A stretch of DNA of 64,000 bases, taken from assembly GCF_021869535.1 (NCBI RefSeq), contig NW_026262690.1:117738001-117802000 (forward strand), written 5' to 3'. Both the position numbers and the translations under genes were made by a program. Numbering within the stretch: position 1 is the stretch's first letter; every line of letters starts with the position of its first letter. The notes under the pieces are model-generated. The model saw nothing but the letters and a program-made list of their open reading frames with translations. It was not told the origin of the DNA and searched no databases. The DNA comes from Mytilus californianus. Lineage: Eukaryota. Of the stretch, positions 25,501 to 40,500 are shown piece after piece.

Positions 25501-28500
25501 AATATTATACAGATATGACTAGTATCAAAGATTTGTTAACAAGGGGAATATTAAATATAAGGGAGCTTTGTATCAAATAGAATTTTACAGGGGGGTTCAT
25601 AAATCATTTTATTCATTTGCAGTGCATTTATCATTTAGTGATAATGTTGAAGAGGCTGTCTATAGAGATTTTTATTTTAAGTTTACAATGCCTTTTAATA
25701 TGTGATTATCTGGTTAAATCCAAAATATTTAATATTGATTACTAAGCATAGACATTGTTTGATTACTAATGTCTACCACAAGTTATATACAATTGGAATG
25801 TTATGTTTTCAAACTTAGTATGCATGTTCATTACGATGTGAACATTTGAAATTATATGCCAAAGTAAGGTTTGGACCCCAATTACATTGTTCATAGTCAA
25901 AACTTGAACAAAAACTTATTTTGTAATAGAAGATATTATGAAACCCATGAACCCCCTTTGCTAAAAGCCAAAAGTTTACATTGATTAATGAGAAGCTTGT
26001 TTAATCTTTTTTTTTTTATTTTAGGAGAGGACCTCATCATAGATGTGTTCTCTATAAACAAGAGCCAATCTGAGGAAGACATTCCCAACAAACCTACAAC
26101 TGGACATATAGGAATAATTAAAGGAATGTTATCATGTGGAAACAAAATTTTACAAAATGGAGCTTTTGTTCTAAAATGCTTTCATAAAATTATTAATTTC
26201 TGTAGAGGACCTTTATCATTTCACTACCATGCTTTCAATTCACTGGAACAGTTGCTTAGCCAGGTTTTACAGATAGTTACTGTAATAAAAGTGTTGTCTG
26301 CTGATGCAGAATTAATGTCTGCTATTCCAAAAATAGTTTCAGAAACCATAGATATCGTGTGGCTAAATTGGGATAGCCCTGTACAAGATGTACCTCAAAT
26401 AGTCATTAGAATCTTCTCTGGGATGTTACAAATATGGCAACATGGTTATAAACATTGTGGTTGTCATGACATTATACCTGATTTGTTGTCAAGGTTACGT
26501 AATATGTCTTGGTATGTCAAAAGTCAATACAGAATCATCAGTGTGCTACTGTCTTTTATGGATAGTCAGCTGGTAAGGATCGTTTTTATGTATAATATAA
26601 AAATTCTGACTTTCTTTGCCTATGCAAAAAATAAGGAGATGTGGTAGGATTGCCAATGAGACAACTTTCCTCTAAAAAAAAAATAGAGTAAAAGAATGTA
26701 AACAATTTTTACTCAAAGTATGATCTACAACAGTAAGCAAAATCCATTCTGCATAGTAATTTATAAAAGGCCTGGGGTAACATATGTGAAACAATTCAAA
26801 TGAGAAAATTATAGGCAATAATATGAAAGGAAAGCCAATAATAGCAGGTGTCAACCTACAACAACAACCATTGGACTTAAGACGTTGGACTGGCACATTA
26901 AGAATGTTGAAGTACCCTCATGTTATAGTAAATGATTGATTTTGATTGGTGTTCCCAAATACAGAACATTAGCATCATTATAACATTAAGATGAAAAATA
27001 GAATTAATACAGTAATAATGTTGATTGATATGCATACTCTATGTTACAGATTTTAGATAGTGATATTAGAAACAGACTTTTATTGTGCATGTCATCAAAT
27101 TATCTGGCTCCAAGTGGTGCTGACGTTTATAAAGCATTTCTTATAAAGATGAGGTCAGTTCTATGTTTTTCTATATGAACATACAATTTATACATTCATC
27201 AAAAGATATGTGTTAAATGTCCATTTGATTAATAACCCCCAAAAATGATATATTGATTGACATTGGCACTATTTAATTAAATGAGCAGACAATTTTAGGT
27301 AAATATTTATAAATAGAATTACATATTATTTTCACTTGACTGTAATTTTTGAATTAAGATTATCTCCCCTAGACATATTTGTATTAAATTGAATTCAAGA
27401 AATGGCAATTTTGATTGCTTTTTCAGAAAGAATTTGAAATTCTCATACATTTTATAACTTGTTGGTGTGTTCATAATCCTTTTCAGACAGGCTTTTTTCA
27501 ATTCTTTTATTAACATTGGAACCATATCCAATGTAGCAAAAAAATTGAGGTAAGGATTTGCTATTGTCATAGATGTTTTTTTATATATCAGTTTCAAAGG
27601 AATCTTCTGTGAAGAAAATTTTGTCAGGATTATAAATGCAAACATGGCTACTGACAACCTTTCTACTGCACTTATGACATTGAAGGGATTTTAAGTTACA
27701 ATGAGCTTGTGATTAGACTGTTCATTGAGATTCATCTTTTTTTTAGATCACAAGGAGAATTTGAAGAAGTTTGGACAAGTCAATGGAAGAGAACAATTAT
27801 TGAAGGATTGACTAGTGATAACAGGTATATAGAAAAAAATCAAATACATATTAGAATTTGTCTTATAAGTCTGTTAATGTTTTGGTCATGGTTCTAGAGG
27901 CTTCCTCACATTTTGTAAACAAAAGAAAATGGCGTCCATGACATGTGGTCAAACCTACACATGTTACAAAATTATATCTGACAAAATTCAGATTTCTCTT
28001 GGCAAAAGGGATTTATATGTATATTGCAATAAATTATTCAGAAGAAGGTACATTCAGTCTAAATTATATTTCTGATTCTGTGAGCACTTAGAGTTTTATC
28101 AAAATTCTCCCAACGTATTTCTCTTGTACCGTATATTTAATAAATAAATTCAAACCATTTGAATTTTAAGGGCATCTAATTCGCATTACAATGGAAGACA
28201 ATGAATAAAGACAACACTTTATTAAGAAATAGTTCCTTTTATTAATTAAAAACAAAATTTTCTTGTCTGCAAGATTTTAATTGCATAACTTCCGGGTCCA
28301 TTTCCTGTCAGAAAAACATTAAAAATATCCGATTGTGCATGGTTTTGAACAAATATATATCAGAATATTCTTATCCTATTTGCCGATATATTGTTTTATA
28401 CGATATAATTAACATTAAACGTATAGGGAAGGGTTTGGTGTTTTGAAATAATATTACAATAGCTGATATATTCATTTAGCCGATATCTGATTAGGTGGAG

Positions 28501-31500
28501 TCTACTGTACTATAATGTGAGACTTATTCAATACTTCTGAATAAAACATTGATCTTTAGTTCTTCAATAAAAAGTGCTACTTTCTTTATGAATAAGCCTC
28601 ATGAAATTACAGTATCTTAAAAAAAATGCTGAATTTACCAAAAAGCTGGTTGTTTCAGACACACATGCAGAAATAAAATATTAAGCACATGCTAAAAGAT
28701 GTTTACCTAGATAGTGTGTGTTTTTGCATTGCTGTTTTCATTTTCTGGGTGACACTAGTGATCCTTGTTAATTTAGCCAAAAAACATTACTGAAAATGTT
28801 CTACTTTCACGTTAAAATAGTGTAAATATCTTGTGATACTCTACTTTTATGACATCACAACCAAATTATAGCTTTAAGCTTATACTTATATTAACATTTT
28901 CTTAATGAGCAAACTGTATATTATATACACAACATGGAAATAACCAATATATACTGCAGAAGAATTCATTTTGGTAATACACTAATGTTTGCTATATCGT
29001 ACTTTATGGCGTTTACAATAGCTTATATAAGTTCTATTCACTATTTGAATTCTAGAATACTGTAAAGTAGGATATTATTGCAAGTCTTTTTTTAATGTGA
29101 ATAATGCGACTGGGTTATATATGTATGCCTCTTTTCCTGAAATCGTAATAGTTAATCTCAAATTTTGGTTTGTCAAGTCAAAAAATAAATACTTGCAATA
29201 ATTGCTGAATTTACAGTAATGCTATAAAATCTTAAAAATAACTGAATCAGCACAGATACGATATGACACACAAACAAATGAGCGTTTACTTTTAATTTTA
29301 AGGTTACAGAAGGGTAATCTAGGTTTTTATATTGCACACGAACAAATGAGCTTTAATGTTTATTTTGAAGGTTACAGAGGGGTAATGTAGGTCATTATTG
29401 GATATCGTCAACATTGAAAATTATACCTGAAGTTAAAGACAGTCTGACTGGAACTCTCACTGAAATGTTGGAGAAAGATTCTATACCACGACACCTTGTA
29501 CTCCATGCTTGGGTCACTGTGGCTCAAGTTGTCAGATTATATACTGGAGACTTTCCAATGGTTAGTATTTCATATCTATATGTATATTTTATAAATAAAT
29601 GAAAAGGGAAAATAAGATAGCAATGCACTAATAAAAAACAATAATGCATGTTAAATTTTATATTAAACATGTGTATTTACCCCGGTATGGTGAAATGTTT
29701 TCAAATTAAAATCTGAATTAATTTTAAAATCTTTTATATTTAGATTGCAACACTGACAAACATTCTTTAGAAGCTTGAATTGTATGCATGGATTATTCAT
29801 TTCCACTTTTTAGTGGATTTCAACTATTTTTCAGTCCTGATTTATCCATATTAATTCCTTTATACACACAATTTGGGTTCCTGTACAGCCATTTCTGCTT
29901 TTTATTTCCACAAGGAAAATTCCCTGTAATAACTAAAGGAAAAATTTGACTTCTTCTAACAAATCAAACCTGTCCACCAAATATTGTCATCACTTTTTTC
30001 TTCAAAACCATTGGGGCCCTGTAGGCCAACTGGTCTAATTAGTTCAACTACTGTAATCTCTAGCCAGTCAACACTGAGGTTGTGAGTTGCAGCCCTGCTC
30101 GTGCAGGTGCACTCGACTCCAATCTTAATTGACTAGGATTGTCAGTTTTCCTACCGAAGGTCGGTGGTTTTCTACGGGCAATTCTGTTTCCTCCACCAAT
30201 AAAAACTGACAGCCACGAAATAGCACAATATTGCTGGAAGTGGCGTTAAACACCAATCAATCAATCAATCCAAACTAAACTGAATGACTTCCATATTTTG
30301 TCAACTGACAGTAATGAGTTGTAATGTGTTACACATATATTTTTTAGGATACTGGTTTATTACATGAGTCTATATACAGTAATGATGATGATATCAGATC
30401 AGAAGCATTCAGTGTTCTCTGTTCCTCACTAAAGAAAGCTGGTAATGTATATCTATAAAGAAAGCTATATTTCTGCTCTCATTTGTCCATATGCATTTTC
30501 AATATTTTCTATATCTAGTTGATCTATAATTTTTCTTATTCATTCACACAAACTTTTAAAAGATGAAAAAAAAATCCTAAATTTTTATAGCTTTTAAAGA
30601 AATGAAATAAGAGATATTGCTTGATTTTATATATGGTAATGCTTTTAAATTGGTGATTTTACAAATTGATGTAATTTTTTCTTTAAAGGGAAACTTCGTA
30701 AAAATATAAATAAAATGATATTATTTTCATTATGTATAAAAAAGCACACAAAGTCATAAATATTAACGTTTTATTCCACTAGATAAGAGATCAGCATCGA
30801 TTTTTAATTGAGATTATCAATTCTCTACATGTCGATTAAAAAAACATGTGATATCTATAAACCACAAAGTACCAAAACAAGCAGGGACTAACGTAGTTGT
30901 AAATCAGTGTCGAAATCACTTGTCAGGCGTATGGTTGTTTTAACTGGACAAGGTAATGACAAAAGGAATCCCAGTTTCTCGGTTTAAAAAAAAAAAAGAA
31001 TTATACCAAACAAGTTGTACTACCTATAGGCAAACTTTTAAAACTAACTTGATAAGGAACAATGTTTAAGAAAAGTTTAAGAGTCGGAAAATTCGGCCGA
31101 TTGGACATCTTTTTTTTCTTAAATAACTATGGTCTCGTTTTTAAACTGTTATTTTTTACTAAGTTTATGAAAAAAGTAAATATATAGGGGAATTACCTTA
31201 GAGCAATTACTTTTAAGGATTCTCTCAAAGTTTAAACTTTAAAGTCATAATTAACTAGCGGTGTTCCGTGTAAAATTGTTTTCATAAATCTAATTTGGTC
31301 ATAAGTCTTTTATGCAATACATTTATTCAAGTCTGTCCTTCTCTTATTTGATCATCAGTATGGCTAAAGGAATTATTGCCAGAGGTATTGTGAGGTGACA
31401 CGTCCAGGTATTCAAGCGATTTCCTGTCGGGCTAAAAAAAACTCTTTATTACATAGTTACATAATGCAGGTTCATTCATCGCTTTACTGCTGAGGGTATC

Positions 31501-34500
31501 AGTGTACACGGCCGGTAACTTGGAAATTTCCATTTAAAAAGTATCAGATGTAAAATAATGTGTACATTTTTTGTCTTCAGTCCCACAGTGATATACTAGT
31601 CATTGCTAAACTCATACGTGTATACAATTTTACTACAACTTGTTTATGAATGACATTTCTGGTGTAAAGAATGATATTTATAAAAATCTTAATAATTTTA
31701 GCTAAAGATTTGAGGGAATAAAATCTATTAAGATACTTCCTAGGGTAAAATTTGGAAAAATGTAAGAATATACTCGTTGTCAATAGTTATGGAAAATTTG
31801 AAACATAGCCTATATATATTTATTTCACAAAAATGTATGCGCTTGTCGATCATTGGTTTATACAGATAGAAAGTTATGGAACTATAGATAGTCACAATTT
31901 AAAATATATATTGAAAATAAGAGAGAATAGATTCATATAAATTGCATACATTTAGCATATTTCTGTACATATTAGGAACGGGTATACGAAAAAATTTCTC
32001 AAATGTTGTAGGGGAAAAATACATTTGGTATGTAAATATAAAAAATACACACATCTGGTAGAAAATAAAGTCTCACCAACTATAGCATTTCATAAATAAT
32101 TGTCATTCTTGGTTGAAATGATGAAAGGAGTCATTAAAAAAGGTGCATGTATGCTGTGATAAGTAGGGGTTATCCAACTCCCTAGAAAACGTGTATAGCT
32201 GCAGTTGGGATATACGTTAAATTGTAGAGTCAATTTATGATTCTAACTTTACTAAAAAACAAAAATCATAGTTCCAAAAGGGAATTTAAAAAAAACCAAC
32301 TCACTTCTATTGAAAGTTACAGATGAAAAAAGTAAATTTACAAAAATAATTAGTTCCTGGATGTAATTTAAAAACTAAATTTTAGTTGAGTAAAAAATGT
32401 TTACTCAGAATTTAAACCATTTAACCAACCTAGGACACCTTTTAAAAGATGACTGGTGATGCTTTACAATCGTGATAATTTCTGTGACATTGTACATTCT
32501 TTTTAGGTAGTGATTTACCTTAACATTTTCGGGTATTACAGCGGAACTTCAAGTTTATTACCAGAAGTCCATTACTAGGGTAATGGACTTCTGATAATGG
32601 TCATGCTTCACAATTGTGAGAATTTCTTTGACATGGTACATTCTGTATAGATAGTGATTTACCTTGACATTTCCGGGTATTACAGAGCCACATGTATATT
32701 ACCTGTATATGGTAAGGTGCCGTCCCATGAGGTCTTACGTATACAGGTTCACGTTTATAATGGCGTTCAACACCTTTTTCGGATATAACAAGATTTTATG
32801 ACATTCACACTTCTGAATGTTCTGTATACCAAATTCATATTTTATTTTCAGACCGAATGAGAAAATATTTATTTTCAAGGAAACATATTGAGTATCAAAT
32901 TAATTTCGGTGTTTATTTTTTTACTTGGTATTAAATCACAGAAATTTTAAAATACTACTGCTTGTCCGCTATTAAGGAACATATATACTGTTCCCAGGTT
33001 TAGAGTGGGAATAATGTGTCCTTCTGAAGAATATGAATGACAAGTCTTGCAAAGGTACAAAACATAAAGACATAAAAAATCTGATTCCTCCAGTCTGTCT
33101 TAAATACAAATCACAAACGTTTTCTTGCACTGAATGATATACGATTAACACGTTTCAGCCGAACATAACACATTTATAATTACATCCACCTTTACACTTT
33201 TATTTCCTATGTATATTCGATATTTAGATTTGAATAAATATAAAAAATATAACCCTTTTGAATCATGAAAACTTTCCAAAGTAAACTCCTCATTTTGAAG
33301 TTGATTGTAATACAGTTACAGTGGTTTTTTTCTTTTTCTTAAACAATGAATATCTAACAGTTTTGAATCATAAAAGATTTCTGAAATCAAAAACAGTTTG
33401 TTCTATTGGATAAAAATAAAGGAAGATCGTTAGCTGAAGTAGCCTGAAGAAGGGACAGACACAGTTTCACCAAAAGAGCTCCCGTTAATTATCTAAAACT
33501 TACTTCAGTGTTAAATGATTTTGTGTGATTTCGTTTTTTTTAATCACCGTGTGAACGAGGTTTTATACATGTTTATATATGAATGTTTTATATATGTGAA
33601 TATTTACAATACATTGAAGCAATAGTATTAAAAATTTTCCATGGCGAACTATGTATTTTTTTGGTCCTATTCTACATAGGCAAAGTTGACTTTAGATGGT
33701 TTCCGATATTGCTTAAACACCTTTTGGCCAGGTAACACATACAAAAATTTTAAATATTTAGATTAGAGTGTTTCCGTACATATTTTAACCGTATAAGGTA
33801 AATCAAACGCGCTTTAGATACTCCAATTTTATATAAAAAAATAATTTCGTTTTGATCAGTCAAATGATATACTTTTATTATAACACTTGATTATTAGTTT
33901 CCCCAAGATTATTTCTTTGTTTTTAAACTGATTAAATAAAAAAATCATTTTGATTTTAATAATTTCTCCTTTAGATTTAATTTGAATATTATTTATCATT
34001 TTTATAACATCAGATTTATTCATCCTACATGTATATGAAATACATGTTAAATATCATGATTTGGCTAACAACGGACCTTACCCTTAATATAATTTAATAT
34101 TCCATGGCGATCTATTTGTATTTGCCAACAACCTTTAATATCTATTTTAACTTTGTGTATTAAACTCGACCTTCTGTCTTATAATCCAATCGAAATGACC
34201 TTCACACCTAGCACGGTGTGCCCTGGAGACACGACTTTATACCGATCTGCAAATTACCTTGATTTTATATCAAGCCTTCCACGGATATTGCCAGGGAATA
34301 ATACACATTGTATTAACATAGTCCTAGTGTAGAAATGTTTGCTTGGATTAAGGGTCAAAACGTACCATAACTTATTGTCCTTACAGTTAAAGTTATATTT
34401 TCTAATTTTTTTTCATCATCTTCGTTGGAAAAGAAAATTAAAAAAAAAAAAAAAAAATCTCTTTTTGCATTGTCAACATGTCAAAAATCAAAATGTAAAC

Positions 34501-37500
34501 ATAGAAAATTTTATCTCATGAATCTAAAAAGTTGCATGTCTGTTGTTTTATTTTCTTACTATCAGATGGTAATTAGCTATCAAAATTAGTCATCGGCGCA
34601 CTTATGATTACATTAAAATATGATTAAAGACCAAGACTTTAAATGATTGTACTTTAAATACCAGCATGCAATACTAGGAGTTAACGTCACTTACTACAGG
34701 AAGTAGTCAATAAAAAATTCATTAATTACTGATTTTTTTCTTTATTACTGCACATATAGCGATAAAACTTTGTGAATATGTATTTTATGTTAAAATGAAC
34801 ATATTTAAACTATAAGTAAAAAATCACGAATTTTCTCTTTAATGAAAAATGAAGGTTTATTTCAATGTTTAAATGAAATTGTATTTTCTTACCCTCTTCC
34901 AAATATTGAATAAATATAAAGAACTTTTCAACTCAGTTTTAAGTTTGTGTGACTTATGAAAAAAACCATATTATGCTTGTTCATATTTCAAGTAGGGTTC
35001 AAAATTAATTTCAGAGGTGAAAGGGTCAAACTTTTGCATTTTACAAATTTAAGGTCCCCATTCAGGTTTTCAAAAGGTAATGGACATCGAAAGTACATTG
35101 ATATGAATCCCTGAAAAACCTATAATTAGAAGAAGATGTAACTTATTTAGTCATAATGAAATATGTTGATAATTTTATTTTTTGGCAGATAGAATGAAGG
35201 AAGAAGAAATCAAGTTACTAAAAGAAACCATTCCATACAATTTAAAGATAGACTCTGCACCATTCAGGCACCAGTTGTCATCTAACTTGAAAAAACTTCT
35301 TGTGAGAATACGAGATAGTTACCAGGCAGTCATTAAAGATCAGGATCATTCTGCTTTAGGTACGAATAAAAAAGATATATACAGAACTGAAAGGTTGAAT
35401 CTTTAATAAAAAATCTAAAATCTGACTGACGAAAACATATCAACTTGATGGAAACAAATGTTAATAAACTGATGATACAAAGATATGTCTTGACAATGTG
35501 ACTTAAACACAAATTTGAACAAATTTTGAAACCACCAATACCAGAAAACAAGTTAAGAGGCCCAAAAGTCTTGCATCTATGACTTTCTTTGCCGTCCAGG
35601 AAAAAAAATTAATAGATCGTGGAACCATTTATGATGATACAGCACAAGTGATGTAAAAATTTACACCTTGACCTTTATGTATTGATCATAGAAAGAAGGG
35701 AAAGTGTAGGATCATTCCCCAACCAGGTAAAATCAAAAACCTTAAAATTGGTATTTGCTATTTGTTGCTCTAATGGATACTACACAGTATTTAAGAGGAA
35801 AGTTTGTAGTTTTAATAAAATGCCAAGATGAAGAAGCAAGTCTTGGAGTATACTGTTTTCTAGTGAACTAGTTTGGTATAATCTTGACTCACTGTGTTGT
35901 GTTGGTCCCATACCAGCAGAGTATATTTATATGACATTACATATGTGGGTAATTTTTGTTCCTGGATACTGACTTCAGATTCTTAAAAATGGTAAATCAT
36001 ATATTTTACATAATTTTTATGTGAATGAAATATGTAAAATTTGAAATGTTTACAGTAAGATACTTACCAGTAGAAGTTATTATCAGCTGTATTTTTCAGT
36101 ATTTACAATTTATTCTTTTAATAGATAGATCTTTGGAGTTTGTAAGCTGGTTTTACAAATTGAGTATTGATAACCTAACTATTGGTACTTGTTTCCAAAG
36201 AAGGAAGACTTGCTTAGATTTCATACAAACGACATTGGAAATATTCTTCCCAACAAAGATAGAACTCCCTCTTATCACACAGGAAGCAAGAAAAAGAGGA
36301 TTGTGGGATATGTACTCCCATGATTCCTTGCTATCAGTATTACACTGTATATTGGATGGAGCAGATGAGGTAAGATTTGGAACAGGTTTTGATAAGATTA
36401 TTTGATGTCATGTTTTCACTGAAATAATTTTTTACTTATTGCTGAAAACCTAAAGGTGGAATAAAATTGGCGGGGAGATGTAAAACATTGGCTGAATTTT
36501 ATTGTACATTACCCGTAAAATCCTACTCTCATACAATCCGTAATTTCTGACAAAGTTTATTTTTTCTTTTATTGTAAATAGCTAAAAATTATGTGTATTG
36601 TAAGAATGAAAACAGAAATGAAATCAACCTGGGTCAGTGGATAGCTAACCAACTTTTAAGTACTATCAAAATGTTGTCTATTTCTTTGTTTGTAGATACA
36701 AAATCTGGCTGCTAAATTATTATTAGAATATTATCCATGGCCAGTGACATCATTAGATGCATGTGAAGGAAATGTTGACCTTGCAGAGAGTCTACTGTTG
36801 TCTGCTTTTGAATTGTGTGACAGGCCAAAGCAACATGAGAATCGTAGTGGAGTGCTGCTTTGTCAACTTGTATTTGTTAAGTAAGTCAAAGGAACGTTTT
36901 AAAATGTTTTACACAATATACAGTTGAAATTACACTTTTTATTTTTCCAAAAATACTAGACAATCAGCTACCTATTTTTCGGTCGTATAAGTCGTTCAAC
37001 ATTTAAGATAATGATATTAACTGTAATTTTTCTCTCTTTTAGATATTTTGAATAAGCCAGAAACACTGTAAACAGTTGAGATACCAAAGATGTTATTATT
37101 TTGCAGATTTATATATGAGATGCATTGGTTGTTTTCGTGGTGTTATGAAAGTGGTGAATATACGGTCCTATCAATAGAGAAGGGAGATAACTCTAGCTGT
37201 GATAAATTCCTGTTTTCATTGTTTGATCATATAAACCAGGAAATTGAGGAGTCTCAGTCCAACCTGGTAAAGGCATCAATATCATCTCCTCTGCATGGTA
37301 TGTAATACAGGGAAAATGGCAGAAATATTCCAGATATGTATTCAATTGGTTCTTAGAGGGAAGATTGTTAAAAAGAATGTTGGAATCATTGAATTATTCG
37401 AAAAAATCTTTACCATTTCTCCTTCTCATTGATTTCTGGTTTCACACTTGTTAAAATTGTGGCTATTAAAACCTTGAAAGAAAGAAATATTATCTAGAAA

Positions 37501-40500
37501 GTAAATTGATATGATTTGCTTTACTGTACTTAATGTTAAACTTTAAAAATATAAAGTTTGTTGTTTATGTAAATGTGCCTGAAATTAGAATGAATTGCAA
37601 TTAAAAGTAAATATGTTATATGTTCATGATATTAAACATACCTGCCAACCTCTTGGAGCTACTATGTGGGGGATCTTACTCTCTCAAGCTCCACGACTGG
37701 GGAGATTTTGCCTTACAACTTTTTTTCCTAAAAATGTTGTAGCATGATACACAGTATTTTAATATTTCGGCACAAAAGGATAAAATGTAACTATCAGTAT
37801 CTATAAATTGATTTAAATAGTTAAAACATCATTATTGATGATCTTGGATGTCTTTTAACAATGCAATTTAGTAAAATGAAACAGAAAGTACTATCAAATT
37901 TACTTAAATGATGAAAAAGGGGAATTTTATGTTAAAGCAATAAGTCCAAAAAGGAGATTCCAAAGTCTTACAGGAAAAAGAGGGTGTCTACCTTCTAGAA
38001 CTGGTGCATTGGCCACACTGTCCATTAGGCACTTGAAATCCTGTAATATACTTAAACGGAGTCTTGAGATGTAGAATGCATGTCAGTAAATAAGCTATCA
38101 ACCAGCACTAGAAACCCTCTAAAAAGATCTAGAAGAAATGTAATGCTCTTTTTAAGCTTGAATAAGTATTGACACCATATGACAAGCTCTACATGGACCT
38201 GATTTTTGTGAAGTAGATAATGAAATCAACAGAGATGATCAAACTTGAACACCAAATTCTGAAATGAAAAATAAAAATTGTTCAATATGCAAAAAAAATA
38301 CATAAATGCATCACTGACATTGTGCAATTGTTTTACTTTTTGATCAATTATTCTTTTGAATAATTTTAAAAGTATTTTTCCCTTTTTTTTTATTTTCCCT
38401 TATTTTTTGTTTTAGGATTTGTTAGTGCCTTGACAACCTGTATAACAGAATTATCTAAGAGACAAGCCTGTAGTGAAAAGACTGAAGAGATTGTAGAAAG
38501 TTTCATTGGTCTGAACTGTGATATTGTGACCTCCATGATGGATGTCATGGCAACTGAATCATCTCAAGGTCATTTCTATAAAATAAAAATTTTATTGCCC
38601 CTACAGTAGAGGAGGAGGCATTAAGTGTTACTCTTGGCCATCCGTCCATCCTGTCAGTACAATTTGTGGAGTTAAGATTTTTTTCATTCTTGTAAGGTAG
38701 TTATAAATTTTGTGTAAAAAAATACTAACTTGCAGTATTTTGCAAAAAGCACAAAACCAAGTATCCATTATAATATAATTTTTTCCTTTATCTACGGTAC
38801 CAAATGATGAACTGATCACCCAATTATCTATTTTTTAAATGCAAACCAAGTAATAAAGCTAAAAATTTGGAATAACCTGCAATACGTGAAATTCTTTGCA
38901 AAATCTTGCCTGCACTTAAAAATACTTGTGTCAGAAAAAATGTCTGTTTTCCAATGCAGTATATATATCTTTTTGATAAGACTGAATCATAAAATCACTT
39001 TTACTGTTATCAGCACCATTGAACATGATCTCAGCAAAGAAAGTGTAATGAATTTATGTCTGTTTTGTAGATTCCTGTCCCTCCTTTGCTGAGTTAGGTC
39101 AGGCCATGGAAACTTTAATTACAACAACAGAAACGGATTACTCAGAAACAACAACAATATCATTAGAACACCAGTATTTGTTATCTTGGTGCTGGATAAA
39201 TATTAAAGTAAGAATTTATCTATATTGTGACATTCGAATTTGCTTCATTATTTGTGTTGTAAATATTATTATTTAAAATGTATAATTTTTTATTAATTAA
39301 ATTATAAAAAAAAAATATGAAAATAAGAAGATGTGGTATGATTGCCAATAAGGCAACTTTCCATCGTAGACCAACTTTTATAAAAATTAACAACTATAGG
39401 TTCCTGTATGACCTTCAACAAGGAGCAAAACCCATACACATTGCAAGCTTTAAAATGTCCAGACATAAGTTTGATATGAAGAAATGACTGAAAAGTATGC
39501 CATTAGGACAGACAAATGATGCAGCCAGATGTCTAGTAACAGGAGTTTCAGGTAAAATAGAATTTCATGTTTTTTTTTACCAAATTTCGATATAGAAAAA
39601 GGGTCAGATTGGCCTCCTGTTGTTCACTGGGAAGACATCAAATTAGTTTATAAAGATGGATTCCATGGATACTGCAATAATTACATTCAACTGTAGCAAG
39701 AGTGAGAGTGCAGAAATGTCTAAATGTATATTTTTATCATTGATTATATAATTATAATCTATGAAAGCAAGATTTAAACAACATGTACCAAACATACCAC
39801 ATATCTCTCTTTTAACATTCAATACAGGTGAACTTTACTTATTTTTGATATATTTAAATAAAATTTGTAAAACTCAATGTTTCAGGAATGTTGCTACAGT
39901 CTTGGCTGTCTATGTGAACTTTTGTTAAAACAGAAGGAACAGACAGATAGACTTTCCATCATACTGAGAATAAGGGATGTATTTATCCAGGTTTTAACAA
40001 AGTGTAGACATAGGGTAAGTGTTTTTTATGCCCCTGCTATTGCGGAGGAGGCATTAAGTTTTTTTCCCTTGTCCGTCTGTACGTATGTACGTACATCCCA
40101 AAATTGGTTTCCGTTCTCAAATATTTGTTTGCCCCAACCAAATGTTATGAAACTTATCAATAATGCTTATTACCACAAAACACATATCAAGTTTGAATTT
40201 TGGTGGAATCACTTTTATCGTTCTAGAGTTATGTCCCTTATCAAATGGAAAAATTGCTGAATTTTTCGTTTCCGTTCTCTAACTTTAGTTTGCCTCAACC
40301 AAATGTTATGAAACTTTTACACAATGCTTATTACCACAAAAAACAGATCAAGTTTGAATTTTGGTGGTGTCACTTTCACTGTTCTAAAGTAATGCCCCTT
40401 TACAAATGGAAAAATTGCTGAAATATATTTATTTTTGTTCTCTAACTTTTAGTTTGCCGCAACCAAATGTGATGAAACTTATGCACAATGTTAATTACCA

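Noticed and set aside
30013-30090. tRNA-like sequence
   Set aside because: It is the head of a SINE: it runs into a SINE core and (TCAA)n tail and forms no proper cloverleaf.
37043-37106. Alternative acceptor ctctttttag upstream of the THADA exon at 37107
   Set aside because: Gives an immediate in-frame TAA; an ordinary cryptic AG without special structure.
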